64,000 nucleotides of DNA from Adineta vaga. Its lineage: Eukaryota > Animalia > Rotifera. The notes below the pieces were generated by a model. The model was not told where the DNA came from. It saw only the letters and a program-made list of their open reading frames with translations, and did no database searches. Below are positions 52,027-64,000 of this stretch, one piece after another (within the stretch, counting starts at the first letter, position 1; the number at the start of each line of letters is the position of its first letter). Where the stretch lies: NCBI GenBank assembly GCA_021613535.1, contig CP075492.1, positions 744,001-808,000 on the forward strand, written 5' to 3'. The translations under genes and the position numbers were made by a program.

Positions 52027-52224
52027 AATTTCTTACCCGTCGGAGCCTTTTTGGAGCATTCTAAAGATCCGGAGGTACTTTGGTCAGTGCAATTTGATTA
52101 TTCTTCACACAATAACATGATAATAAAATTCACATGAAATTCGTCTTGATCTTTTTTCTGTTGTTGTCTTTAATGTTTAGTTCTCCATTAAGTGTGATTA
52201 CCATCCATTTTTTGTTCTAGAGGT

Positions 52225-52392
52225 ATAAAGCAAATTTTCGTTTCCACATTAAAGTGCGTACTGCACTTAACATTCGACCGACAACTATTCACAATGAACT
52301 ATACAGTGCTTTTAGTGATGAAGTTCCTTCTTGTCAAACAGTTGCGAGATGGTCTCAATGATTTCGGGAAGGTGGAGAAGGGATTAAAGACA
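52225..52392 (+). mobile_element. Mariner transposase N-terminal HTH remnant
   Basis: NFRFHIKVRTALNIRPTTIHNELYSAFSDEVPSCQTVARWSQ*FREG. Confidence 0.75.
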
Positions 52393-52967
52393 GAGTTAGG
52401 ATGTAAGTATTTGTACTCGAGTATTTCGTGGTTTTTAAGTAAAAGAGTACAAGTATAAGTAGTCATAAAATTTACTCGTACTTATACTTGTACTTGAGAT
52501 TAGTAGAGAGTAATATCTTTGTTTTGCTGATCGAGGTATTTTTCGCTCCATTTATATGTCAACAGCTGTACTAGAGAGAGTGAGAAAACGGACATATATA
52601 CACCGAAAAAAACAGAAAAGATAATTGCATCAAGATCCTTTAAACTAAACTACATAAGATGTTTGAATAAAAATTTTTGTATAGATTTTCTTTTTACATG
52701 GAGATGTAATATGTGAATGTTTGCACAGTGTACTCTGATAGAGCAAGTCAAAATCTACGTTAGACAACAGAACTCAATAAGATATCGTATTTGTACATAG
52801 AACGCCAATAGAGGATATTTTTTTAATAGCTTGTTCTTATAATTTTGTCCAGCAATGTATAATTTAAAAAAATGTGCATTCAAAGAAACTTTACTCAAAG
52901 CTATTTTATTATATGAAAAAGAATAAGACGTTACTTTTCCAAATATATTATCGTGTTTAATTGAAAA

Positions 52968-53745
52968 ATGAATGTATCAACACATCAAATAGCAAATATA
53001 ATTATTGATTATTCAATTATTGTTTTAACTTCAATTAGTATTGGTATTTCAACGATAATCTTTATATTTGTTATTTATCATTCGAATAGAACTTGGCATT
53101 CTTCTGATACAATAATACCTCTTCTCAGAGCAAACATGTATTTTACTTCTTAAAGAATATATTCGTGTTCAACCGGATCATCTATTCTCAATTGATACAT
53201 TATATGATGGAATTTATTGTCAAATTCATGCTTATTTATTATGGGCATCAACTTGTACAATTTATTATTCGACAACACTTTAATCATTTTACAATGAATT
53301 TTTTGTTTTATTATTATGATTCCTGGGATTTTTCTTGGTAATTTTATATATTTACATGATGATTATCTTTGTCACATAGATTATAAGAATATAAAAAACA
53401 TTCTTCTTACTGGTATTTTAGCTTATTCAATTGCATTATATGCAGCAACTGGAGATTATTATTATACATTAAGAAAATTAAAAAAGCAAGGAGATAATAA
53501 TTTAATTTGTACAATGACAAATATTCTACAAAAATATGCACGAAGAGATTTCATTATTCTTTTTCAAATTTGTATTCCTCTTGGCTCATTAATGATGGTT
53601 GGAATACCAGCGGTAACTGGATATTTACCACGGTGGTTATTACAACTTCAATAGTTTGCTTTTAGTTTAATGATAAACACTGTTACCACTATTCTTATTT
53701 TTATATCTTCGCAAGTTCGAATTTTATTTACTCACGGTCATTAAT
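52968..53745 (+). pseudogene. Decayed orphan 7TM GPCR
   Basis: TM1, YxxDDYLC (ECL2) and RRDFIIL before TM6; stops and deletions throughout. Confidence 0.65.
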
Positions 53746-55039
53746 ATATTATTACAATCACACTGTTTAAAGAAAGAGAAAAAGAAGACGAATATTTTCT
53801 CCTACATTTTGTTTGTATTTATCACTTTGAAAATAGATAGATAAAAGTTTCATGTCTATTAATAAACCGTATTTTGAATAAGTATTAGTAATAACGGCGG
53901 AGTTGACTTTAAAATCAGTAATTGTAATCTTCTTTTTGGTGTCAAAAATACGATTTCATGGTCAGTGTAGATTTGTATCTTTGCTCACACCCTCACCCTC
54001 ACCCCTCAAGGTTTATATAAAGTTGGTTGTTTGAGGGAAAAAACCAATACTTATTTTTTATTTAGCATAAGTATATAAAGACATGTCTTTTCACTATTTT
54101 ATTTCATTTTTACTCTTCAATTTACTCATAACAAAACATTATCAACTCAAGAATTATCGCAGCTACCACTAGTACAGGTGCAGCAAACGCAACAGGTCCT
54201 GTACATAGAGCTCCCATCGCATTATCGCCAAGTAAACTTAATGTTGCTGAAACAGCTTATGAAGCAACAGTAAGAATTAGTGCGACTTTACAAGGTAATT
54301 TGGCAGAAACATTTAAAGCTCCTACAAAATAGGTCGATTTATGTGATAGCAAATAATAATGAACTAATCTCTTTTTTTTCTCTTTACAAATATATTTAAT
54401 CTTGATTTTTATTCTATTTAAAATAAAAGTTTGATGTCAATCATTTGATCGTACAATTAGAAATATCAGTTTTCTTCGTTGGATATGTTAAAATTGGTTG
54501 AGTTTGTTAATCATAAAACTGAGATCTACACTAACACTCACATCCACCCAAAACATGTGAAATATGGGTGTGTCGATGCATATTACCAATATCTTAGTGG
54601 TAACGATAAAGAAGCGTTCTGGTGTTTTTATTTTCATTGCCTAAATGAATTTGATTTTGCGTAAAGATTTATCATCGTTTGTTGTCACTCATAGTGTATT
54701 ACGTTTGTTTTATCTATATAATACTCTAAGCAATTAATGAAAGACAAATGTTTACATCATGAACTGTAATCTCAATAATATCTTATTTTTGATAAGGATA
54801 AAGAGTATATTTTTATTTGAATCGAACACGAACGAACAACACTTATTATTATGGGATGAACTCGCACATACGGTCACCATTGTTTTTTTGTCCTTCTATT
54901 CTTCTCTCTCCATCTCTTGTCATGTTCATATCTTGTCCACCGCTTTGTTCTACTTACATATATATATTTTTTTTTCTCGTTCTCTTCTATTCTTTTCTTT
55001 CGACGACAAGTATATCCCTAACACTAATTTCGCCTTAGG

Positions 55040-55922
55040 ATGACTCGAAATGCTCTTGTTACTGGTGCTGCACGAGGTATTGGACGTGCCATTGCACTTC
55101 GTCTAGCAAAAGATGGCCTAAATGTTGCTGTTAATGATATCAAAGCAAATTCTACTGAATTAGAAGATACACAAAAAGAAATTGAAAAACTTGGTCGACA
55201 ATCAATTTCGATCATAGCCGATGTTTCCGATGAAAAACAAGTACAAACCATGATGAGAACTACAGCAAAAGAATTGGGTAGTTTGAACGTATGTATACTA
55301 ATCTATGAGCTATTTTGTTATTGTCATGCTTGTTACAACATAGGTAGTTATTGCTAATGCAGGAATTGCTCAAGTAAAACCATTACTTGAAATAACTGTT
55401 GAAGATTGGGATAAAGTATTCGGTGTGAATGCTCGTGGTGTTTTTCTTTGTTATCGAGAAGCTGCAAAAGTGATGATTGAACAAGGAAAAGGAGGGAAAA
55501 TTATTGGAGCTTGCAGTGTTTCTGGTTACAAAGCATCTCCAATGTTAAGTCATTATTCTGCTAGCAAATGGAGTGTTCGTGGTCTTACACAAGCAGCAGC
55601 AATGGAATTAGCGCAATATAAGATTACTGTCAATGCTTATTGTCCTGGTATGTTTTTAGAGAATGTGAAATATTTAGTTAGAGATTGAATTTTAGGAATT
55701 GTTGGTACAGCAATGTGGGATTTAATTGATGAAAAATTAGCTAAATATGAAAACAAAGAAAAAGGAAAAGTGATTGAAGAGTATTCAAGTAGACTTATTG
55801 CTCTTGGTCGAACTAGTGTTCCTGAAGATGTGGCAAATTTTGTTTCCTATTTAGCTAGTAAAGATTCAGATTATATGACTGGACAAAGTATTATGATCGA
55901 TGGTGGAATACAATTTTCTTAA
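55040..55922 (+). CDS. SDR, acetoin(diacetyl) reductase/2,3-butanediol dehydrogenase-like, 259 aa; exons 55040-55288, 55344-55647, 55696-55922
   Basis: [29 protein letters not shown] and [12 protein letters not shown]; two GT-AG introns (55 and 48 bp) give an intact frame. Confidence 0.92.
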
Positions 55923-56154
55923 ATTTTTCATTATTTCGATAGGAAACATTTTTCAACTTGTTTTTGTTTTCTTGCAAAATATCACATTTTGCGATCAATA
56001 CAAGGAACTTTCATTTCTGTTTCATATTAAATATAGAAAATGTAATGATGATTGTATTGAGAACAAATTATTCAGACAAATTGAACTAGTTTTATCCTTG
56101 ATAAATACCATAGCAGTTTACGTTGAGTAAGATCATTTCTGGATATAAGTAAAA

Positions 56155-56378
56155 AGCTTTATATTGCTAGAAAATGGGGTATGTGTGGCCTTACTCAAGC
56201 AGTTGCAATGGAATTAGGAAAATACAATATTAAAGTAAATGCTTGTTGTCCTGATAAGTTACAGAATACAACAAAAGATGAAATGATGAAGAACCTCTCT
56301 CAAATCGCGGCTCTCGGTTGCATTGCTATTCCAAAAGATGTAGCAAATTTTGTTTCGTTTTTAGCTAATAGCGATTGA
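56155..56378 (+). pseudogene. Partial tandem duplicate of the SDR
   Basis: GLTQAVAMELGKYNIKVNACCP...DVANFVSFLA; ends at a telomere-repeat element (56375-56432). Confidence 0.8.
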
Positions 56379-56806
56379 GGGTGAAGATGTGGGTATCTTA
56401 TCTTTCCCCGCATCATCACCCATCCTTACCTCTGCACTTTAGATATTGTCTTTTGTGCATCTCAATATAATGATTGGTGATCATTCTTGGACACTCATGT
56501 TGTTTGTTATAGATGAATTTAAAGTCTTAATTGTTTATATTGAATATTTTTATAAAAAAGAAAATAATCAGGTTAGTAAGAAATTTTCGAAGTTTTTATT
56601 TTATTTTTTTAATTGCATGGAAACATTTAGCTCTCAACAATGTATGCGGCATTACTATCTATGCACATAGTAACAGAACATACACTATTGAAAGTTAATT
56701 GTATTTTTGCAATTAAAAAATAAAAATAAAACTCTGAAAACAGAAACAACAACAACTTTTTACAATACCAATACTTATGTGTTCAATCGTTCATTATAGT
56801 TATCTT

Positions 56807-57530
56807 TTATTTGATCAGCATCATTGCAATAGAACCAGCTAAATTCAACATCATTGACACAATAGCTAAAATACATGATGCACCTATGCTACCAGGCGTA
56901 TCCGCACCATTATCTTTAATAAGACTAATGCCTATTCCCATACAAATAATTCCACTAACAAGACATGTCATGGCAAGACCTCTAGCCAATGATAAACTAG
57001 TCTTTTTATATTTATCTTTGACTAAAATAATCAATAATGTGGCTAGAGCACTGAATGGACATAGTATACAACATATGATAATAAATGCACGGGTAACCTT
57101 AAATTTAGCGTTGATATCAGCTGGCATATCGACACATATTGAGTTACTTTTTTTGTAAAAGACACGCTTTCCATAAACCGACTGTAACTGGATACGATCC
57201 GACAGAAAACTTGATCCTAACAAACAAAGAAGAGTAATTCATATGTATAGAATCTGCCTGCGAATTAGAAACAGAAAAGATTTATTTTTATTTTTCTGAT
57301 ACATTGACGATGCGGATTGAACTTCCCTTCATTTATTTGTTCTTTATGCCAATAGTATTTTCGACTGAAAATACCATTATCTTTCACTTTTCATCAATTT
57401 TCGAATACGTTCATGTTTTTAGAAAGTTTACATACCAGATTGGTAAAATATTTGCTGCCATATATAAAGTAGAAGCTATGATCATCATTCCAAATGTAAT
57501 ATAGATAATTCCACGCTTTTCGAAAGTCAT
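56807..57530 (-). pseudogene. Claudin/PMP22-like tetraspan protein with a frameshift
   Basis: Exon 1 (57530-57436) spliced to 57216 gives W..GLWKAC. The frame shifts in an A7 run (57148-57154) before SICVD and TM2-4. Confidence 0.7.
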
Positions 57531-58469
57531 TTTTTGTGTTTCTATTACAATAAATAAAAGAAAATTTTTATGTAGAAGAACGTATGGTTGATGAAACAAG
57601 ATTATTGAAAAAGATGCTTTAGAAAGTAATAAATGTAATAAGAAAAAATCTCAGTAAACAGTTCATATTCAAATAAATGTTTAATATACCTTATGACTTC
57701 TTCAATTAATAGAAAATCATGACAATACGTCGCATAGACTGTAGATGATTAATATGAAATAGCGCGATAAGAGCACTCTTTTCAAAATCATTTTCCTTCT
57801 TCTATTTTAATTACAAAAATGAGCAGTAAAAAATATTTCAGTAGTTAACAAATATCCATTTTCAAAAAGCAGGCTCTTAAAAACATAGAAATGTTTCGAA
57901 CTTTCGAACAAAAAATGATAAAGACTTAAAATTTCACTGTTGAAAAGATGAAATCACAGGATGTCATATAATGTAATCGAAACTTTTTCTAGCATATTTT
58001 TGTGGGATTTTGTCTTAATCAGCTGAAAGACTAACCTTTCATACGCACTTCATGGCAAACTAGGATGAAGCCACTAGGGATATTACTCCAACTTTAAATC
58101 AATTTTTCAAAATCACCTTGAGTGTGCGGATATGGATTGATATATCGTTAAATTAATGACAACTCACCCACACCCTCAAGGTGGTGTCTTTTTATGCTAT
58201 TTTATCGAGAAAAAAAATGAAATCAACTGATTATCTTGCTCTTATTCTTTCGAAGTATTTTGTTTTTGTTTGATAGATTTGATAGAAAAAATTCTCCATA
58301 TCATTCTTTCCTGACGTATCTCTGAATATGTTTTCATTTTATAATAGAAGATCCGTATGTTTTGTTAGATCTGTATACACATTTTTGTACTATAGAAAAC
58401 GGATATAAAAATAAACGCGGAGAAGAACGAAAGAGAAAAAAAAACATCACAATCTATCATATAAATAAA

Positions 58470-58880
58470 AAACAGGTATTTATTCATAACTGGACATTGT
58501 CAAGAAACATGTGATCAATCAATGAAAAAAAAACTCATTAATAAAAATGTAACTGCTGTTTAAGATGATACATCAAATCTAGCTTATGTTGATTATTTAT
58601 GTGAGATTAATCGAAAAGAAAAATAACATTTCAGATGTTACTTTTGTTAATGTTGATATTGATTCATTTACATCACTTGAATTAATCACACAAAGTATAT
58701 TAAATGGTTGTTAGACTGCCGATTTTAAAGAATGAAAATTTCTTGTGAATATTGTAAATCCAGAAGTTATCAATATATCTGTATTGGATCCGATTGGAAC
58801 AAAGGAACAGATTGATATGTTTATTGCAAATGTCAGTACTGCTATACCACTGAATCGTATTGGTAAAGGATATTTAGCAG
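58470..58880 (+). pseudogene. Heavily decayed SDR fragments
   Basis: ...ILVNIVNP...TKEQIDMFIANVSTAIPLNRIGK resembles an SDR C-terminus. Confidence 0.45.
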
Positions 58881-59094
58881 AAATTTAATTGACACATACA
58901 GTTTCTTTTAATTCAATAAATTTTATAAGAGTATAGGTTAGAGTTAGCGAAGACAAAAAGGGTCTGTGTATCCACATCTTAATATTTAAGTTAGATGTCA
59001 CCTATATTAAACAGAAGAATGCAAATGATTGGCATATCAAACTATATCCTTTATTTGTCATTGTTATATAAGAACAAATACATCATTCAATTCA

Positions 59095-60764
59095 ATGAAT
59101 TTGAACATGAATCAAGCCAATGCTGTAAGTATAATGGATCTTCCAAATGAAATAATCTATACTATTTGGAATAAATTAAATAAAATCAATGTACTTTTAT
59201 TCATTTATGGATGTTAATACACGATTTAATAAATTACTCTGTAACACAATTTCTACTCGTTCGATTGAATTGATAGATCATCATAATAATTGTTCATTAA
59301 CTTATCCGATACTTAATCGATTTTGTTTGCATATATTACCACAAATACATGAATATATTGAATGTTTAACGTTTGAATCTATCTCAATAGAATCAATTCT
59401 TTCTGTTGATCATTATCCTCATTTAAAAAAACTCATTATCAACAATGTTGAACCAGAATTTATAATACAACACTTTACGGATAGAAAGTTTTATATGAAT
59501 ATTTTACTTTATTAATTTCTGTAATTAAATCTATTTATAGATAAATCACCTTTTGTTCAAATTTTTAAACAACAAATTACTAATTTGACACTGTTAATTA
59601 ATGAACCTGAAAGAACACAATCAATGGTTGATTTCGGCATAACTGTATTTGCTCCTATATTTTCTATATTTACAAATTTAGTTGAATTAAATTTTGGTCC
59701 TCCAAATGATCGACGATATCATGCGCGATTAAAAATAGCTGATTTATCTTCAACAATTTGTTATTCATCAAGTATTGTTCATTTACGTATCAGTGTAGAT
59801 ACATTTGATGATTGTTTATATTTACTTGATGGTCGTCTCAATCATTTACGTCAACTTGTGATTCCAAGTATGTAATATTTCTATTTCAAAATCGATACCT
59901 AATAATATGATAATAACTACAATGAAAAGTTTCTCACTGATGTCAAATTCTAAAACAAATGTGTATAATAGTCATGTGTTACCACTTCTTCGTCGAATGA
60001 TATATCTTGAAGATTTAATGTTAAATTTATGTGTTGGAAATCGATCGACAATCATTGATAGTACTCATTTAAATAAAGAAGTTCTACTATATTTACCATG
60101 TCTTCAAACGTTGACATTTAATATTGAAGTTTATATTACAGGTGTTAATGAAATAAATTGGACAAACTTTAATAATGTTCAATATATATTCTATAACGGA
60201 AAATCTCATCAATCTATTTGTTATATTGATCAATTTCCACGTGGTAGAAGAGGTCGATCTCATATCTATTCAATTCCTTATACATTAAATGATCTACATT
60301 ATATAAGTAGCAATTTTCCTGGTGGTTTATTTATGAATGTTCATTGTCTATCAATGATGAATATTTATTATCCTTTCGAACATGATTTCTTTGTTAAGAT
60401 TGCTTGTTCGTTTCCTCTACTTACTAATCTATCTGTTTCGAATGATACTCCACAAAAATACAAACGATTAAATCAATTAAATAACAATGATCAAATTTCA
60501 TCCCTTGTCGAGTTTTCTAATTTAATTAAGCTTAGGATTTCTTCTCGTTGTATCGATTATGTTGAACAATTTTTGGAAGACACAAACACACGTTTACCAC
60601 GTCTATTGGAATTGAAGATTGATTATATACATTTACAATTTGTTACAGAAAATTTTACTCGTAATACTACACGTTTCAATTGTAGCAAAATAGAATGTTT
60701 AATTTTTGATAAACAAATAGTACATTCTAATGAATTCTATATGTATTTTCCTTCTTATAAATAA
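59095..60764 (+). pseudogene. F-box-like/LRR-like protein (expanded bdelloid family), frameshift near 59195
   Basis: IMDLPNEII (F-box), DDCLYLLDGRL, HIYSIPY, PFEHDFF and NFTRNTTRFNCSK motifs. Confidence 0.8.
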
Positions 60765-61025
60765 AATTTATAAATATATTATCATTTACCAACGTATTTC
60801 TAATCTTTATATTGAAATAGACCTAATGTCACGTATGTGATGCTATGTACATTTTTATAATGTACAGGACAAATGAATGGGTTAAAAAAACATCATTGTT
60901 CTTTTTTTAGAAGAAATGGAAAGAAATTTCGTAGAATATCAGATAAGCGAAAAACATAATTTGTACTTTGTATTTCTATTTCATCTCATTAAACTAACAT
61001 ATAAAAAAACACTATAACTATTGTG

Positions 61026-61387
61026 ATGCCTCGCAAACCTCAAGTTGAATATCAAAAAAAGAAAGATGCAAAAATAGAGGTAATTGAAATGATTTCTTGA
61101 TCACAATTGTTTTAAAATATACAGATTGACTCCGTATTTTCTAACTTGACGAACTAAAAGCTCCTGAGAAACAACTAGATGAAGCTTTAGCAAAGGGTAA
61201 AAACGCTTTAGATAATAAGGAAGTATATGAAGAAAACAAAAAAGCAGATGCTGTTGAAGATGATTTGGAAGATCTCCGAGAAGAGATAAAACAAGTTAAA
61301 GAAGAAGGTGGTATTGAATCAACAGAAGAAAAATCACCAGAACCAGAATATCTTTTGAAGCAACAAAAATATCTTATTTTTTTGTGA
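61026..61387 (+). pseudogene. Small charged coiled-coil-like gene fragment
   Basis: MPRKPQVEYQKKKDAKIE, a GT-AG intron, then an E/K-rich frame with a frameshift. Confidence 0.3.
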
Positions 61388-62679
61388 TTTATTAGCAGAT
61401 GTAGAACACAGTCAATTAAATAAGACTAAAGTTTATTGAAAAAAGAACTGAGTAAAATTCTATCAAAGCGGTTATAGATGAGAATATATATGTATTATTC
61501 TATAGTCTATGCACTCATCCTCAAGACCGTTCAAACTATTCATAGATATTTTTATTCAAAAATGTATGTTTCAGATACCATAGAAAGAAGAAAATCTTTT
61601 TTCATTTTGTTTGTGTTCAGTTTGAATACAGCGATATTGAAGATATTAATTATTATAATCAATATAACATAGTATGCGAATAGCTTCTTTGTTACACATC
61701 TATGCTTCAAATAATACACAATAAACTTAATTTTCATATAGATGAAAGTAGCATTGATGTATGAATGTTCTTTTTATAAGCTGAGGATGAGAGTGTTATT
61801 AATTTCAAAAACGAATTTTTAATTGAATCATTAGTTTTCATTTTGTAAACTGTAAACATTTTTTGTGTATTAAAACAACGTTTTTTTTATCAAGATATGG
61901 TCGTATATAAATGACAATATACTGAAGTTTTATTTGAAAAACAAAAAAAAAACATTTTTTACATATTATACTACAAAGTCGGTGCAGAATTACCTTGGTG
62001 TAAGTAAATATTTATTTACAAGAACAGGAAAAAAAGAACGTTAAATATATCCCTGTATAATAGAAGAAAGTAATCTACGTATTCATTTAATAAAAGTAAG
62101 TAAAGATCTTCGTATTTAATGACGATCAAAGACATATTGTATCATACGAAATATAATAAAATCTATCGAGTATTTAACCATAGAATAATCATTAGATCAC
62201 TTATCTAGTTTTTTTTCTTATGAGAACTTTATTAAAAAAAACAAATCTTAATGTTTTCTTAAAAGTACCAGAATCCTTTTATACAGTTACCTATACGGTA
62301 TACCTTTTAATTAGACCGAAAAACAACAATATTATAATAGGATATGAGTTTTCTTTTACTTTTGTACACAGTCCCACGAATTACAAAAAGATCGGGTAGC
62401 ATTTTTCAACATTCGAGCAAATGATGGTTTTTGAATATAAATTTATAAGCAAGGAAGGAAAGCAAAAGCTTTAACCTTTCAAAAGTCTTTGAAAATAGAT
62501 TTAATCTCGCTTTTCTCCCTATAATACAAGTCGTAAAATACTGAATTTGCCACACAAAACATTGATTATTTTTATTGTATACTGTTTTATAAAAGTTTGT
62601 ACTTTTCATAGTTAAACTTAATTAACAATATTATGGTATTCTTTCAAAGCAAAACGTAAACAAACTTAGTATTTATTCC

Positions 62680-64000
62680 ATGTCTTCAAGCGAATCAGAA
62701 ACAACAGAAGATGAATGGTTGTCAAATAGTGATTACAAAGAATTGTTCGCAGATTCAGATGAGAGACATCTATGGAATAGAAGTGATGATAACAAAGATC
62801 TGTACAACAGAATATCAATGAAATATGAAAGGATTAATCTTGAACATTATCAATTAATTTGGTGTGATGATGAAACAGATATATCCACTAATAAGATTTT
62901 AATCGATCAATTACGAAAAATCATTGATTATACACTATTATTTCATGATGTCATCGAATGTAAAAATTTTCTGAAGCAGACAAAAGATGTTGATACATTT
63001 CTTATTTGTTCCTGTCAATTTGCCAAAAAATTTATATCAAAAGTTCATAAAATGAATCATATTAAATGTATCTATGTTATTCATTATCATGGGCGATTCC
63101 AGAATACTTTAATCACTAACTTTTCTAAGGTATGTTTGCTCGATAACATTTTATTCGTTTTAACAAAAACGAACCCATAGCGATTTTTCTGTCCCAGCTA
63201 TATTCCTAAAAGGAAAATATTTCATTTTTTTGTGGATGAGTTTGAGACTAAGTGCGTAGATGTGGGTGACAGAGAGGGTATCGATGATGGTTTGGATGTA
63301 TATGTGTTCCTCATTATTTGAACTCGGCCTCATCGAAACCGGTACCGTCAAAGTGTCATTTCTGTCTTGAGCCAATTGTATTCTATAGACTCAAAGTGAA
63401 GGACATTTTTTAAAGGACATTCGTTTACGTCTTCGACGAGATTATGTCATGAACGAAATTGTTGAATAGAAATTACGTCAACACTTTTTTATTATCCTTT
63501 TGTTACTTATTATTGTTAGGTAAAAGAAATCAAAGCTACAGATTTCAATTGTTTATTAAACTATCTTAGCAAAGACGTCGAAAATTGTTTACAACAGGCA
63601 AGAAATGATCTTTTCAGTGAACCTACTCGAAGTAATTATACAACCAATGGTGATTATTGTTCATGGTGGTGCATATTCGTTGATATGATTTGTTATTTAC
63701 CTTATTCAGATCAATGTCGCGAAAGATTTATTGAAATTTTCGAAAATTATTATCAAAATAATGAAACAAATATGAAAACATTAAAATTATTCAAAGAAAC
63801 ATATACATCTGAAAGTGCTCTAACATGGTATACACGTAATACATTTCTTTTTCGTATTCTGAATAACATACTTCGACAACATAATATTTCAATGACATTT
63901 ACTTTTGGTTTCTTTATACAAGATTTGTTTAATCAGTTAAAAAAAGAATATGAAAATTTCAAATGTAATCATTTAAATCAATCAACTATGAAAGTTTATC
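62680..64000 (+). CDS. ART-type (NAD:arginine ADP-ribosyltransferase-like) family protein, N-terminal part, runs off the window
   Basis: Exon 1 YQLIWCD...LRKIIDYT..FLICS..IYV. The later exon has ALTWYTRNTFLFRILNNILR...FFIQDL, typical of the region preceding the ART domain. Confidence 0.75.

Noticed and set aside
54083-54332. Small secreted-protein-like frame
   Set aside because: Frame-disrupted and no motif; too weak to call.

Overview
AT-rich eukaryotic genomic DNA, most likely a bdelloid rotifer (inference). The evidence is ~50-60 bp GT-AG introns, expanded orphan GPCRs, LDLa/EGF-GPCRs, NHL-repeat, F-box-like and ART-type genes, TGTGGG/TGAGGG telomere-like hexamers and several foreign-looking enzymes. 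The window reads like a gene graveyard or accessory region. Many genes carry single nonsense mutations, frameshifts or deletions, and are interleaved with MITEs and decayed MULE, Merlin and mariner transposons. Apparently intact genes are a 3-exon ~1524-aa LDLa/EGF-GPCR, an FkbM methyltransferase, a GC-rich fungal-like FAD monooxygenase and an intron-containing acetoin-reductase-like SDR. The most striking locus is a giant intronless SecA-like ATPase gene (39255-~46700, minus strand). It also carries an OTU-like domain, a Gly-rich hydrophobic region, a second permuted papain/OTU-like domain ending in di-Gly, and a C-terminal RelE/HigB-like domain. This architecture resembles a self-delivering polymorphic toxin, and it is preceded by a decayed DEAH-helicase region. 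About 20 tiny palindromic elements built from inverted telomeric repeats are scattered through the window, several at gene breakpoints. All calls are by eye; no database searches were run.
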